Positions 18,207 to 28,065 of a DNA stretch of 64,000 nt are shown here, in pieces. A program made the position numbers and the translations under genes. The stretch is taken from positions 480,001-544,000 of the forward strand of contig CAVVHS010000006.1 in the NCBI GenBank assembly GCA_963748215.1, given 5' to 3'. The notes under the pieces are model-generated. The model ran no database searches and was not told the origin of the DNA. It saw nothing but the letters and a program-made list of their open reading frames with translations. Each line of letters starts with the position of its first letter. The stretch's first letter is position 1. The DNA comes from an uncultured Gammaproteobacteria bacterium (lineage in GTDB: Bacteria; Pseudomonadota; Gammaproteobacteria; UBA9214).

Positions 18207-19850
18207 ATGCGAATTGGTATCCATAGTTTACTCTTGCTGGTGCTTGCAATGGTCGGCCAGGTGCAGGCAGAGAGTGCGGCGATGACGGATTATGATCCGC
18301 TCTCCCCCGCCTACCTGGAAGCAATCGATGCGAGGATCGGCGAGGTCACTATCGAGAACGCGAACATCTTCGATCTTGATGACCCAAAGGAAAACAATCT
18401 GCTGTTTCGCACGGCGAACCGGCTGCATATCCGCACGCTGCAGAGGATTATCCGCCGTCAGCTGCTGTTCAAGCCGGGTGACCTGTACTCGCAACGACTG
18501 GCTGATGAATCGGCGCGCATCCTGCGCAGCAACAATTACCTCGCGGATGCACAGATCACGCCGCAGCACTATGCAGATGGCACGGTCGATATTCTCGTGC
18601 ACACCACCGATGTATGGACACTGAAGCCGAGACTCGATTTCGGTCGCAATGGTGGCAAAAACACCGGCACCATCGGCTTCGAGGAAAGCAATCTGCTCGG
18701 AACCGGCATTTCGCTCAGTCTGTTGCATGAGTCGGATATCGATCGTGAATCCAACAGGATCGAGTATCGGGATCGTGAGCTGGGTAACACGCGCTATGGA
18801 TTGCTGGCCGCCTACTCCGACAGCGATGAGGGCAGTGGTTATCAGTTCGACCTGGGGCTGCCGTTTTATGCGCTGGACAGCCGCCGTTCGCACGGCCTGG
18901 CGGTGCTGAACGATGAACGTACCGATTCCCTGTATGACCGTGGTGATCCGCAGGCAGAATTTGGTCACCAGGAAGACAGCTACCGGTTATATGCCGGTTT
19001 CTCATCCGGCCTGCACGCCGGCTGGGTGAAACGCTACAGTGGTGGCCTCGGTTTCGAGGAAGACCGCTTCAGTCCGGGTGGCGACGCCACACTGCCCGCG
19101 GCGGGGATATTGCCGACTGACCGGAAATTCGTGTACCCGTTCCTGGCCGTTGAATTACTTCAGGATGAGTTTTCCGTGCTCAAGAATCACGACCAGATCG
19201 GGCGTGTGGAAGATGTGTTCCATGGCACGCGGCTGAATCTCCAGCTTGGCTATGCAAGTACCGGTCTTGGATCGCTCGACAATGCCGTGCTGCTGGACGC
19301 CGGTGCACACAAGGGCTTCGGCGAGCCGGGTGTCGACAGCCTGTTTACTTCGGCCGACCTGTCGACACGCTGGCAGGACGGGGAGGCGCAAAACCTGTTA
19401 CTGAAGACTGCCGCCAGCTGGTACCACCGTCACTCGCCGCGCCGGCTGCTTTACAGTAGTCTGAACGCCGACATCGGCTCGAATCTCGACCTCGACAACC
19501 TGATTTATCTCGGTGGTGACAATGGCTTGCGTGGCTACCCCCTGCGCTATCAGGGTGGCGACAGCAGCATGCTGTTCACCGTCGAGGAGCGCTATTTCAC
19601 CAACTGGTATCCGTTCCGGCTGTTCCGGATCGGCGGTGCGGTGTTCTTCGATGCCGGTCGTACCTGGGGCGATAACCCGGTGGGCGCGGCAAACCTCGGC
19701 TGGCTCAAGGATGCCGGCTTCGGTCTCAGGATAGGCAATAACCGCAACGGTTCCGGCAGGGTGATCCATGTCGACCTGGCATTCCCGCTCGACGGCGATA
19801 ACAGTATCGACAGCGTGCAGTTCCTGGTCGAGGCCAAGGGATCATTCTGA
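18207..19850 (+). CDS. BamA/TamA (Omp85)-family outer membrane protein with POTRA domain
   Basis: Signal peptide, IRRQLLFKPGD...ESARILR, DVWTL, LGGDNGLRGYP, FFDAGRTW, C-terminal Phe. Confidence 0.82.
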   Translation: MRIGIHSLLLLVLAMVGQVQAESAAMTDYDPLSPAYLEAIDARIGEVTIENANIFDLDDPKENNLLFRTANRLHIRTLQRIIRRQLLFKPGDLYSQRLADESARILRSNNYLADAQITPQHYADGTVDILVHTTDVWTLKPRLDFGRNGGKNTGTIGFEESNLLGTGISLSLLHESDIDRESNRIEYRDRELGNTRYGLLAAYSDSDEGSGYQFDLGLPFYALDSRRSHGLAVLNDERTDSLYDRGDPQAEFGHQEDSYRLYAGFSSGLHAGWVKRYSGGLGFEEDRFSPGGDATLPAAGILPTDRKFVYPFLAVELLQDEFSVLKNHDQIGRVEDVFHGTRLNLQLGYASTGLGSLDNAVLLDAGAHKGFGEPGVDSLFTSADLSTRWQDGEAQNLLLKTAASWYHRHSPRRLLYSSLNADIGSNLDLDNLIYLGGDNGLRGYPLRYQGGDSSMLFTVEERYFTNWYPFRLFRIGGAVFFDAGRTWGDNPVGAANLGWLKDAGFGLRIGNNRNGSGRVIHVDLAFPLDGDNSIDSVQFLVEAKGSF

Positions 19851-19943
19851 ACGGCTTGCTGCAATAGCTTGTCCGGACTACCTGACCACGGTGACGGTAC
19901 AGGACGCGTGTGTGTCTGCACGCGCCACGGCAGCGGCGGTCAG

Positions 19944-20837
19944 TCAGCCGGCAACGAGCAGTGCCAGGGCCAGCAGTAACGGTGTCAGCACCGCGGCCCC
20001 GGCATTGGCGGCCAGGTAGAGCGGGTAGCGACCGATGTTGCCGTGATGCCGGACGGCACCGACCAGTGCCACGAACGCCAGCGCCAATGGCGCCAGCGCG
20101 GCCAGCGCCAATCCGGGCAGGAGTTCATAACGCACACCCAGCAGCAAGGTGGCGACGGCCGCACCGGCAGACAGGCCATAGACGACATTGGCTGCCGCCG
20201 TGCCATAGGCTATCGGAAAGTGGTTACGGCCGGCATTCGCATCGGCCTCGATATCGGGATACTGGTTCAACAGCAGCAGGTTGTTGACCAGTAAGAACGG
20301 CACCAGCGCCGTTGTCACCGACGCCGCGGATACGGCACCGGTCAATACGAAATGGGAGCCGATAACCATCAACAGCCCGAATCCCACGCCGGGCGCCAGC
20401 AGGCACAGCCAGGGCGAACGGTTGAGCCAGCGCGTGTAGGTGACGACCACCAGCAGGCCGGTCACGCCGGCGGGCAGCAGCACGAGGCCGCGCAGGTACA
20501 GGAACCAGGCGCCGGCCAGTATGACCACGCCCAGCGACAGCAGGCCGGTGTACAGCACGGTAGCAGCCAGTTCCGGGTGATCCGGCAAGGCCCCGCTACC
20601 GCCGCTGAACGGTGTCCTCTGCGTCTGCAAATCCAGTCCGCTGGTGAAATCATGATATTCATTCAGCGTGTTCACGCTGATATGCGCGAACAGGGCGGCG
20701 ACGAACACCGCGAGCAGCAACGCGGGTTCGATTTGTTCCTGCATGCTGTGTGCCGTGGCATATCCGAGCAGCACGCAGGCCGGTGTCAGCAGCAGGAACG
20801 GCGGGCGCAGGGTCTGTAACAGGGGTGCGATTTGCAT
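19944..20837 (-). CDS. UbiA-family prenyltransferase (MenA-like)
   Basis: LRPPFL, NTLNEYHDF...GLD, TPFSGGSG, NQYPDIEAD. Confidence 0.88.
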   Translation of the reverse strand: MQIAPLLQTLRPPFLLLTPACVLLGYATAHSMQEQIEPALLLAVFVAALFAHISVNTLNEYHDFTSGLDLQTQRTPFSGGSGALPDHPELAATVLYTGLLSLGVVILAGAWFLYLRGLVLLPAGVTGLLVVVTYTRWLNRSPWLCLLAPGVGFGLLMVIGSHFVLTGAVSAASVTTALVPFLLVNNLLLLNQYPDIEADANAGRNHFPIAYGTAAANVVYGLSAGAAVATLLLGVRYELLPGLALAALAPLALAFVALVGAVRHHGNIGRYPLYLAANAGAAVLTPLLLALALLVAG

Positions 20838-20943
20838 GAGCCGAAAGCGGATCTGACCGGGCGTGTTCAGCGCGTCACAGCCTGGCTGTGGCGACAGTCA
20901 CGTACCCGAAACCGTGTGAATCGTGTTACCGGTCGCGGCACTA

Positions 20944-22275
20944 TCACTTGCCGAAACCGGTCAACTGGTACTTTTGCAGCTTGCGGTACAGGGTGCGTTC
21001 ACTGATACCCAGTTCCTCCGCTACCTTGCGCCGGTGGCCGCGGTACTTTTCCAGCATGAACGAGATTTGCTCGGATTCCATCTGCTTCAGCGAGCGCGCG
21101 TTGCCACTTCCCGGTGGAGGCCTGGTCTCGGGGCGTTCGTCGAACCGGATGTGTTCCGCCTTGATATGCCCGTCGGTACACAGCGACACCGCCCGTTGCA
21201 GGGTATTGCGCAGTTCGCGGATATTTCCGGGGTAGTCATGATTCAACAGGATATTGCGCGCATCCTCGTTGATATGGCAGCGGTAGGCAGCCGGATTCCG
21301 CATGCGCACCAGCAGCGCATCGGCAAGCGCCGGGATGTCATCCGTGCGCTCGCGCAGCGACGGGATCTTGTGCACGATGCCTGCAAGACGGTAATAGAGG
21401 TCGGAGCGGAAGGTGTTCTCCTGGATCTTTGCCAGCAGGTCATAATGCGTGGCAGTGATTATCCGTACATTCGATTTCAGCAGTTCGCGACCGCCGACCC
21501 GGCGAAAATGACCGGTTTCAATGGCGTTGAGCACTCGCCCCTGCAATCCCAGTGGCAAGTCGCCCACCTCGTCCAGGAACAGGGTGCCACCGTCGGCCTG
21601 GTCCAGCAGGCCGCGTCGGCGACCGACACAGCCAGCGAAGGCGCCGCGTTCGTGTCCGAACAGCTCGCTCTCGAACAGTGCCTCGTTGATTGCGCTGCAG
21701 TCAACTGTGATAAAGGCCCGACCGCTCCTGCCGGAGCGGTTGTGGATGTAGCTGGCAGCGAGACTCTTGCCCGCGCCGCTCTCGCCGACCAGCAGGATAT
21801 TGACGTCCGAGTCCGCCGCGGTCGACAGTCCTTCGATGCAGTGCCTGAAGGCCACGGATCTGCCGATCAGTTTCTGCTCCTCGCAATCGAGTTCGGTGGC
21901 CTTCGCCAGGCGGATGACTTCCTCGCCAACATAGCGCGTGCCATCCGCACCGAGGATCGGATGGCCCTTGATCCGCACATGTTCGGGTTGATTGTGCTGG
22001 TCGAAATGTATATGCAGAACCTCGTAGCGTTCGTTGGTCTCCATAACCTTGGAGAGCGGACAGTCCTCGTTGTTCATGAAACACGGCGTATCGAAATGAT
22101 GGGAGACCCTATGGCATTTGTGCCCGACCACCTTGTCATCGGTGGTTGCGTAGGAATCGCGGTAGGCCCTGTTGGCGGCAACAATGGTGAAGTTCTCGTC
22201 TATCAGGACAAAGGGATTCGAGTGCGAGTCGATAATTGACTGCAGGCTCAGGTCGGGCTTGCGTGGTTTATCCAT
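20944..22275 (-). CDS. PAS-domain sigma54-dependent Fis-family transcriptional regulator (FisR-like)
   Basis: PAS with C54/C65/C72; GESGAGKS; ESELFGHERGAFAG; GGTLFLDE; FRSDLYYRL; PGNIREL; HTH LGISERTLYRKL. Confidence 0.9.
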   Translation of the reverse strand: MDKPRKPDLSLQSIIDSHSNPFVLIDENFTIVAANRAYRDSYATTDDKVVGHKCHRVSHHFDTPCFMNNEDCPLSKVMETNERYEVLHIHFDQHNQPEHVRIKGHPILGADGTRYVGEEVIRLAKATELDCEEQKLIGRSVAFRHCIEGLSTAADSDVNILLVGESGAGKSLAASYIHNRSGRSGRAFITVDCSAINEALFESELFGHERGAFAGCVGRRRGLLDQADGGTLFLDEVGDLPLGLQGRVLNAIETGHFRRVGGRELLKSNVRIITATHYDLLAKIQENTFRSDLYYRLAGIVHKIPSLRERTDDIPALADALLVRMRNPAAYRCHINEDARNILLNHDYPGNIRELRNTLQRAVSLCTDGHIKAEHIRFDERPETRPPPGSGNARSLKQMESEQISFMLEKYRGHRRKVAEELGISERTLYRKLQKYQLTGFGK

Positions 22276-22523
22276 GGCGGAACATCCCCCGGATATTCGT
22301 CAGAATGCTTATTCTCAAAAAAGCATAGCCCCAATTCCGCTAACTGACAAATTGACAGGATGCCGAGGCCAGTATGAATATTATAAATCTGAAATTACTG
22401 TGTGTTGCAGCAATTTATTCGAATCTTCATGAAATATGGCGGGGTTGCAGATGGCCATCCCGGCAGACACTCGCTATGCTGCTGCCATGCCTGCCCGGAC
22501 GGGATAGGGTCCGGGGCGCGCCA

Positions 22524-23087
22524 TCAGTCGGGGTAGATGGCCAGTTCGCGTTCGTGCTGATGCTGTTGCGGGTCGGCTATGGATTCGATACCGCGGATGG
22601 TGGCGATATAGGCATCCTGCAAGCCGTGTTCGATTGCGCCGCGCAGAACGTGTTCCCGGTACCAGTGAAAGGGACGCAGGCGTGCATCGATCCGGGTGGC
22701 GCAATAGGTGAAGGCTCGGTAATTCGTGCCGTTTTTACCGAGCACGGTTACCGTTTTCACGTCGTAACCGTTTCCCAGTCCTTCACATTCATCCAGGCAC
22801 GGCTTCTCGGCTGCGGCGATCCTGTACACCACGCCGTGGAGCTCGTCGTGATCCTGACCGGTATAAAAGGCATCACATTTAGCCGAGCCATCCCTGCCAC
22901 GCTTGTGGAAGCGCAAGGCATGCGCCGGCAGGCAGGCCACGGCAACGGCGCGTGCGGAGACGACGCGATTGAGCAGTCGCGGGGTCGACATGTTCGAGCC
23001 ATAGGCGAAGTAGAACAGCACGGGCGGATCATGCTGTATCTCATGCGTATTCAACTCGACGTGATTCATGTCAGTCGTGCCGGTCAT
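22524..23087 (-). CDS. gamma-glutamylcyclotransferase family protein
   Basis: YFAYGSNM, LRFHKRGRDGSAKCD, LDECEG motifs; start uncertain (ORF extends to 23159). Confidence 0.85.
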   Translation of the reverse strand: MTGTTDMNHVELNTHEIQHDPPVLFYFAYGSNMSTPRLLNRVVSARAVAVACLPAHALRFHKRGRDGSAKCDAFYTGQDHDELHGVVYRIAAAEKPCLDECEGLGNGYDVKTVTVLGKNGTNYRAFTYCATRIDARLRPFHWYREHVLRGAIEHGLQDAYIATIRGIESIADPQQHQHERELAIYPD

Positions 23088-23177
23088 CGGCATACGGTAG
23101 CACAGCGGACTGCCGGCGTGCATGGCTGTATCGGGATCAGACGGCCCTTGCAGCCGCACCGATCCGGCGCGGTGCTG

Positions 23178-23654
23178 CTAGCCGGATTTGCGATAGGTAC
23201 CGATCACTTCTGCCTGTGCGATAACGTGCCCCTCCATGGCGGCCTCTACTTCGCTCTTCGCGGGCCTGGGCATGACGGGCAGGACGACATCCAGTGCATA
23301 GAGCTTGTGGAAATAGCGGTGCTGCCCTACCGGCGGGCAGGGGCCGCCATAGCCGGTGCGGTTCCAGCTGTTGATGCCTTCCTGTGTGCCCGGTGGCAGG
23401 TCTGATGGCATGCAATCTTCCGGCAGGCCGCGCGTGCCGGGTGGCATGTTATACAGCACCCAGTGTACCCAGGTCGTACGCGGGGCCTCCGGGTCCGGCG
23501 CATCCGGATCATCGACGATCAGCACCAGACTGCGCGTCGTGTCGGGAACGCCGCTCCATGCCAGTGGTGGCGCGCGGTTCCTGCCTTCACAGGTGTAACG
23601 GGCAGGGATTTCACCACCCGGTATAAAGGCAGCAGAACCGAGTGTCATTGCCAT
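23178..23654 (-). CDS. YbhB/YbcL (PEBP/RKIP-like) protein
   Basis: DDPDAPDP, WVHWVLYN, YGGPCPP.GQHRYF; start uncertain (ORF extends to 23699). Confidence 0.92.
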   Translation of the reverse strand: MAMTLGSAAFIPGGEIPARYTCEGRNRAPPLAWSGVPDTTRSLVLIVDDPDAPDPEAPRTTWVHWVLYNMPPGTRGLPEDCMPSDLPPGTQEGINSWNRTGYGGPCPPVGQHRYFHKLYALDVVLPVMPRPAKSEVEAAMEGHVIAQAEVIGTYRKSG

Positions 23655-23728
23655 GGCCGCCTCCGCAGGATTCGGGTCGACACCGGAAGCATAGCTCAAA
23701 ACACTGCCCGTGATATGCCTGTGCCGAT

Positions 23729-24034
23729 TCAGCGCTGCGGCTTTCTGCCGTACAGCAGGCGCAGTTCATCCTTGGCCCGTTCCAGGATGCGTCGCTGTTT
23801 CCCGTCCAGCTTGCTGCCGGCGCGATTGATGTAAAACACCAGCATCGACATGGCCGAGCGAAACGGCGGACTCTTGCGCCGGCTGCTCGATTCGGCCGAG
23901 CGCTGCAATGACCGGGCGATCTTTTTCGGGTCCGTCCACGTGAACACGCCCTCCTCCAGCTCCAGCGCATTGCTCTCCCGGGTAACCTTGCCGGACCAGC
24001 GCGTGACGGGGGCTGTTTTCGGTTTGCTTGTCAT
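23729..24034 (-). CDS. DUF3175-type small basic protein
   Basis: RWSGKVTRESNALELEEGVF...PFRSAMSMLVFYINRAG...AKDELR pattern. Confidence 0.85.
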   Translation of the reverse strand: MTSKPKTAPVTRWSGKVTRESNALELEEGVFTWTDPKKIARSLQRSAESSSRRKSPPFRSAMSMLVFYINRAGSKLDGKQRRILERAKDELRLLYGRKPQR

Positions 24035-24070
24035 CGGTCAGGACCCGGCGCTGGAAACCGGCCGCCGGGA

Positions 24071-24601
24071 TCATGAAATAACACGATAACCGCCGACCGG
24101 AATAGCATCCAGTGACCACTCCCCCACCCGGTAGCGGATAAGCCGCAGCGTCGGATATCCGACGTGTGCGGTCATGCGCCGCACCTGCCGGTTGCGGCCT
24201 TCGGTTATGGTCAGGTCCAGCCAGCTGGTCGGGATGGCCTTGCGACTGCGGATCGGCGGATCGCGCGGCCAGATGTCGGGAGGCTCGATCAGCGTCACTT
24301 CGGCCGGGCGCGTCATGCCGTCCCTGAGCGCTACGCCACTGCGCAGTTTTTCGAGTGCCTGCGCATCGGGTATCCCCTCGACCTGCACCCGGTAGCCTTT
24401 CGCCTTGGCGAACCCGGGATTGCTGATGCGCTGTTGCAGGCGGCCGTCGTTTGTAAGCACCAACAGGCCCTCGCTGTCGTAGTCGAGCCGCCCGGCGCAG
24501 TAGACGCCGGGTATGTCGATGTAGTCAGCGAGCGTGTTCTTGTCACCCTCGCCGGTGAACTGCGACAGCACCCTGAAGGGTTTGTTGAACAGGATAATCA
24601 C
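24071..24601 (-). CDS. rluE: 23S rRNA pseudouridine synthase E
   Basis: [50 protein letters not shown]. Confidence 0.92.
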   Translation of the reverse strand: MIILFNKPFRVLSQFTGEGDKNTLADYIDIPGVYCAGRLDYDSEGLLVLTNDGRLQQRISNPGFAKAKGYRVQVEGIPDAQALEKLRSGVALRDGMTRPAEVTLIEPPDIWPRDPPIRSRKAIPTSWLDLTITEGRNRQVRRMTAHVGYPTLRLIRYRVGEWSLDAIPVGGYRVIS

Positions 24602-24759
24602 AAATGATGAATGAGCCGGTCACAGCATGGAACGGCATGTAGACAAAAGTCTAGCTGTCGAGTTTCGCCGCAGGTATTTCGTACAGGCATCAGCCATATA
24701 GCCGTGAACGCATGACGCCATGTTTGCCCGAAGCATCCGGTTGCAGCATGGAACATAGC

Positions 24760-24809
24760 GATGCGTCATAGATGCGTCATATTTGTCAGGGGTTGTAACG
24801 GATGCGTCA
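24760..24809. promoter_or_regulatory. three direct copies of GATGCGTCA (putative transcription factor sites)
   Basis: Copies at 24760, 24771 and 24801 in the divergent intergenic region. Confidence 0.45.
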
Positions 24810-24917
24810 GGGTTTAGAATAACACGCGTTTTGTTGATACAGGACTTGACCAATATCAATGAAAATATTGCACTGACTGGCATTATCCACACACCAATTC
24901 ATGCAAGGAGATGAGAT

Positions 24918-25235
24918 ATGGGTGAAACAGGCAAATTGGCGAAACTGCTGAGCACCAGCAGGGACCGCCATGAAATCGAGGACTGGATGTTCACGCTGAC
25001 CCCGCTGGGTGTTGCGTTCGTGTTCTTTATCGTCTTCATCCTGAGCTCGGATATCACCAACAAGAGTCTCGTCATGGTGGTTGGCACCGCGGCAGGATTT
25101 GTCGGCCTGCAGAGCTACTGGGTCTTCAGAGGCTGGCGCAAGAATCACGCAATCACGGTACTGATGGGCCTGCTCAGTATCGCACTGGTACTGGGGCTCG
25201 TCTGGTTCTATACACAGTTCAGTCTGCTGGTGTAA
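24918..25235 (+). CDS. hypothetical membrane protein (3 TM)
   Basis: AAGGAG Shine-Dalgarno-like sequence upstream; three hydrophobic segments; followed by a hairpin. Confidence 0.75.
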   Translation: MGETGKLAKLLSTSRDRHEIEDWMFTLTPLGVAFVFFIVFILSSDITNKSLVMVVGTAAGFVGLQSYWVFRGWRKNHAITVLMGLLSIALVLGLVWFYTQFSLLV

Positions 25236-25244
25236 ATCAGGGCG

Positions 25245-25268
25245 GTGACGGCCGGATCCGGCCGTCAC
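25245..25268. terminator. perfect 24-bp palindrome between convergent genes
   Basis: GTGACGGCCGGATCCGGCCGTCAC. Confidence 0.55.
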
Positions 25269-25330
25269 GCCCCTTCCTCCTTCATGCGGCCGTCGTCGCC
25301 GTGCCAGGCGCCGGGATATCCTGACGGCAA

Positions 25331-25912
25331 TTACCGCTTTTCATCGACACAGGGGCAAACCGCCGTGCCACCCCGTTCGATCCAGCCATGGAGCATTCGC
25401 CCGGGCGTGAACCGGCTGGCACATCGGCCGGTGGCATCGATGACGATAACACCGCCCCGTCCGCTGACTTTTCGTACCAGGTAGTCGATACCGGCACTGG
25501 CCGCGCGGGCGGCGTCGTGGCCCTGCAGTTCGATCAAGTCGGCGATGGTCTTCGCCAGCACGGTGCGCATGAAATCCTCGCCGTGGCCGGTCGTGGACAC
25601 GGCGTAGCTGGCATTGTCGGCATACACGCCCGCGCTGAGGTCGCACCCGTCCATGATGGCCGCATCCATTTCGACCTTGCCGTGTTCGTTGAGCATCGAC
25701 CCGCGGCCGGCGTTGAACAGCGGATCGTCCTCGAGCAGGCTTGCACAACGCTCGACTGCCTGCAGGGCGGTGCCCCCGGTGGCCAGGATGCCCGGGCCCT
25801 GCGCCAGTATGCCTTGTACACAGTCCATGCAGGCAGCACGATCCACGGCGCGCTGTGCTTCTTCCGCGGTCACGGCGCCGCCATGGATCATCAGCGAGTA
25901 GCTTGCTGTCAC
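25331..25912 (-). pseudogene. iaaA: isoaspartyl peptidase/L-asparaginase with internal in-frame deletion
   Basis: IHGGA, LEDDPLFNAGRGS, EMDAAIMDG joined directly to VYADN...STTGHGE; the GTVG/ATSTGG/GRVGDSP core is absent. Confidence 0.75.
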
Positions 25913-25960
25913 GTCGACGGCCCCGCAGTTGATGCCTGCAGGTGATATAGCACCGCGCTG

Positions 25961-26233
25961 CTAGGCTTTGAGCAGGGTCCAGACACCGATACCGATAAAG
26001 CCCGCCGCGGCGACATAGCGCAGGACTTTTTCGCTGATGTATTCGGCCACCAGCCCGCCGGCAAGCACGCCGATACCGGATGCCACGATCAGGGCCAGCG
26101 AGGCCCCGAAAAACACCGTCAGCTTGCTGACCTCCCTGTCGGCCGCAAACAGCATGGTCGCCAGCTGGGTCTTGTCGCCGAGCTCGGCGATGAAAACAGC
26201 GCTAAATACGGTCAGCAGGATTTTATAGTCCAC
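25961..26233 (-). CDS. TMEM165/GDT1 (UPF0016) family protein, single repeat
   Basis: AELGDKTQLA motif; GTG start at 26233 with GGAG upstream. Confidence 0.9.
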   Translation of the reverse strand: MDYKILLTVFSAVFIAELGDKTQLATMLFAADREVSKLTVFFGASLALIVASGIGVLAGGLVAEYISEKVLRYVAAAGFIGIGVWTLLKA

Positions 26234-26653
26234 GACATTATTTTCTCCGGAAATGCATTGCACTCGCGACTCGTCCGGTAGTGACCTGTTGTCCCTGTAC
26301 AGGCTGTCGCGCAGCCGGTGGCAGCAGGTCCCGGCGCACCGGTCGCTTGCAGTATAGCCCCGCTGCGGCGCCATGGTTACCCGTTAAGCGGGCGCATCAC
26401 TGTCGCAGAGCGCAGCGCTTCGAAGCGCTGCCTGCTTTGATCCCGGGCAAGCCAGCCAGCACCGTTCGCTGGTCAGGACGTTTGGCGGGAGCCGCGTGCC
26501 GGCCCGGGTTGAGTACGGCGCATGTTGGGTCGCGTGCCTGGCCAGGCGGATACGGCTGGCAGGGCGGGGATCAGGCCAATTGCACCGAAACCATCCGCGG
26601 AAGGTGCCGGTAACCTTTGGCTCCCGTTGTTCTGTTAGCGGCCCTGTTTTCAG

Positions 26654-27085
26654 TTACGGATAAATGCGCCGGTAGCGGTAGCTGACGTCAGGCCGCATCT
26701 GTTCATATTGCTTGCTGCGCGCCTCTGCCATGTCGCGGTACCACTGGCTGCGCGCCTTGTTCCACTGCCGGCGCTCCTCTGCCGCGGGGTTATTCCACCA
26801 GCGGCGCTGGCTCTGCCAGCGTTCCATGTTCTCCCGCCGGACCCTGGCGGCTTCCCTGATTTGCGCAATGCGCCGGTTTTGCTCGGCGTGCCTGCTGTAG
26901 CGATGACGGGTGCGCGATTGCTCCTCCGTCGCGGACGACTCCGCGGCGGGGGCTTCCGCCGCAGGCTCTGCGGCGGTGCCGGTCTCTGCGGCCAGGGCTG
27001 TGTGCAGCGTAGCGCCGCTGCCGTACAGGGCAAGTGCGACCAGCATAGCGGTCAGGGTGGATGTCGATTTGTCAGGTTTGTTCAT
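26654..27085 (-). CDS. exported hypothetical protein with Ala/Glu linker and Arg/Trp-rich helical C-terminus
   Basis: CAGGAG Shine-Dalgarno, signal-peptide-like N-terminus, low-complexity composition. Confidence 0.65.
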   Translation of the reverse strand: MNKPDKSTSTLTAMLVALALYGSGATLHTALAAETGTAAEPAAEAPAAESSATEEQSRTRHRYSRHAEQNRRIAQIREAARVRRENMERWQSQRRWWNNPAAEERRQWNKARSQWYRDMAEARSKQYEQMRPDVSYRYRRIYP

Positions 27086-27336
27086 GATGTTCTCCTGGCT
27101 CGACGCCGCGCCGGGGCCGGGCAATAGTGACTGGGACGATACGACCCTACCGCCAACCGCTCCCTGATATCCTTGACGCGCATCAAACCGGGACGGTTTC
27201 AGCCCGTGAACGGCAGCCGGTCAGGGTCCAGCAGCGAGAGGCCGCCGCGTTGCAGCCTGGCCAGTTCACGCTGTTCGTATTCATTCAGCAGTCGACTGAT
27301 ACCCCGCTCCAGGTTGCTGTGCCGAGAGTGCCGGGT

Positions 27337-27918
27337 TTATTGTGCGGCAACCAGCCGCGCCAGTTCATCCAGGGCGAGGCTTGACCTGTTCAGGCTGAAG
27401 GTAGCCCTGGTCTGTCCCCAGGGCCAGCGCAGAAAGGTCACGTTAAGTGCGCGTCCCGTGCGTATCTGTTGCAGCAGGTTGTTATCGGCAATCACGCAAC
27501 CGGTAGCGTTTTGTGCGCCGAGCTGAATGGGCGGGTTGCTGTCGACCTGCAGGCTGACGCCTTTCACGGGATAGTCATGTCCGAATATGCACACGGAACG
27601 GGTGGGCCTGGGTTCACCCTTCAACCAGGAGATCCAGAGCACCGGTGTCGGATGATAGATCTCGTCGCCATAGGACTCGGTAATCTTGCCGTAGGTTTCA
27701 GCCGTGCATTGGGTCGAGAAGTTGACCTCCTCGTAGAGACAGTCCACGCGCCAGTTGCCGAAATTCACCCTGCGCTCGCGTACCCCCTGCCGTTTTGTTT
27801 GCACTGTGCGCTCTTGCGCGGTACTGGCCGGCTGGTCTTCGGTGGCAGTACCGGCCGGGAAATTGGCGCAACCGGTGGCCAGCAGGGAAATCAGAAACAG
27901 GCTTGCAGGAAATTTCAT
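27337..27918 (-). CDS. hypothetical lipoprotein
   Basis: Lipobox LATGC; GGAG Shine-Dalgarno; beta-rich domain with FGNWRVDC. Confidence 0.7.
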   Translation of the reverse strand: MKFPASLFLISLLATGCANFPAGTATEDQPASTAQERTVQTKRQGVRERRVNFGNWRVDCLYEEVNFSTQCTAETYGKITESYGDEIYHPTPVLWISWLKGEPRPTRSVCIFGHDYPVKGVSLQVDSNPPIQLGAQNATGCVIADNNLLQQIRTGRALNVTFLRWPWGQTRATFSLNRSSLALDELARLVAAQ

Positions 27919-28065
27919 GGCTCACTCCAGCGCGACGGAAATCAGTAAAATGGGGGCAGAACCCGATTATTTATCAGATTGCCGGATTCATAAAGGCGCC
28001 GGGACATATTTTTAGCTATATTTCGGGTTACCGATCCTGAACTCACTTATTCCCGCGGAGGAACC

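Noticed and set aside
26234-26650. yybP-ykoY riboswitch upstream of the TMEM165/GDT1 gene
   Set aside because: No recognisable consensus; only a GC palindrome at 26412-26431.
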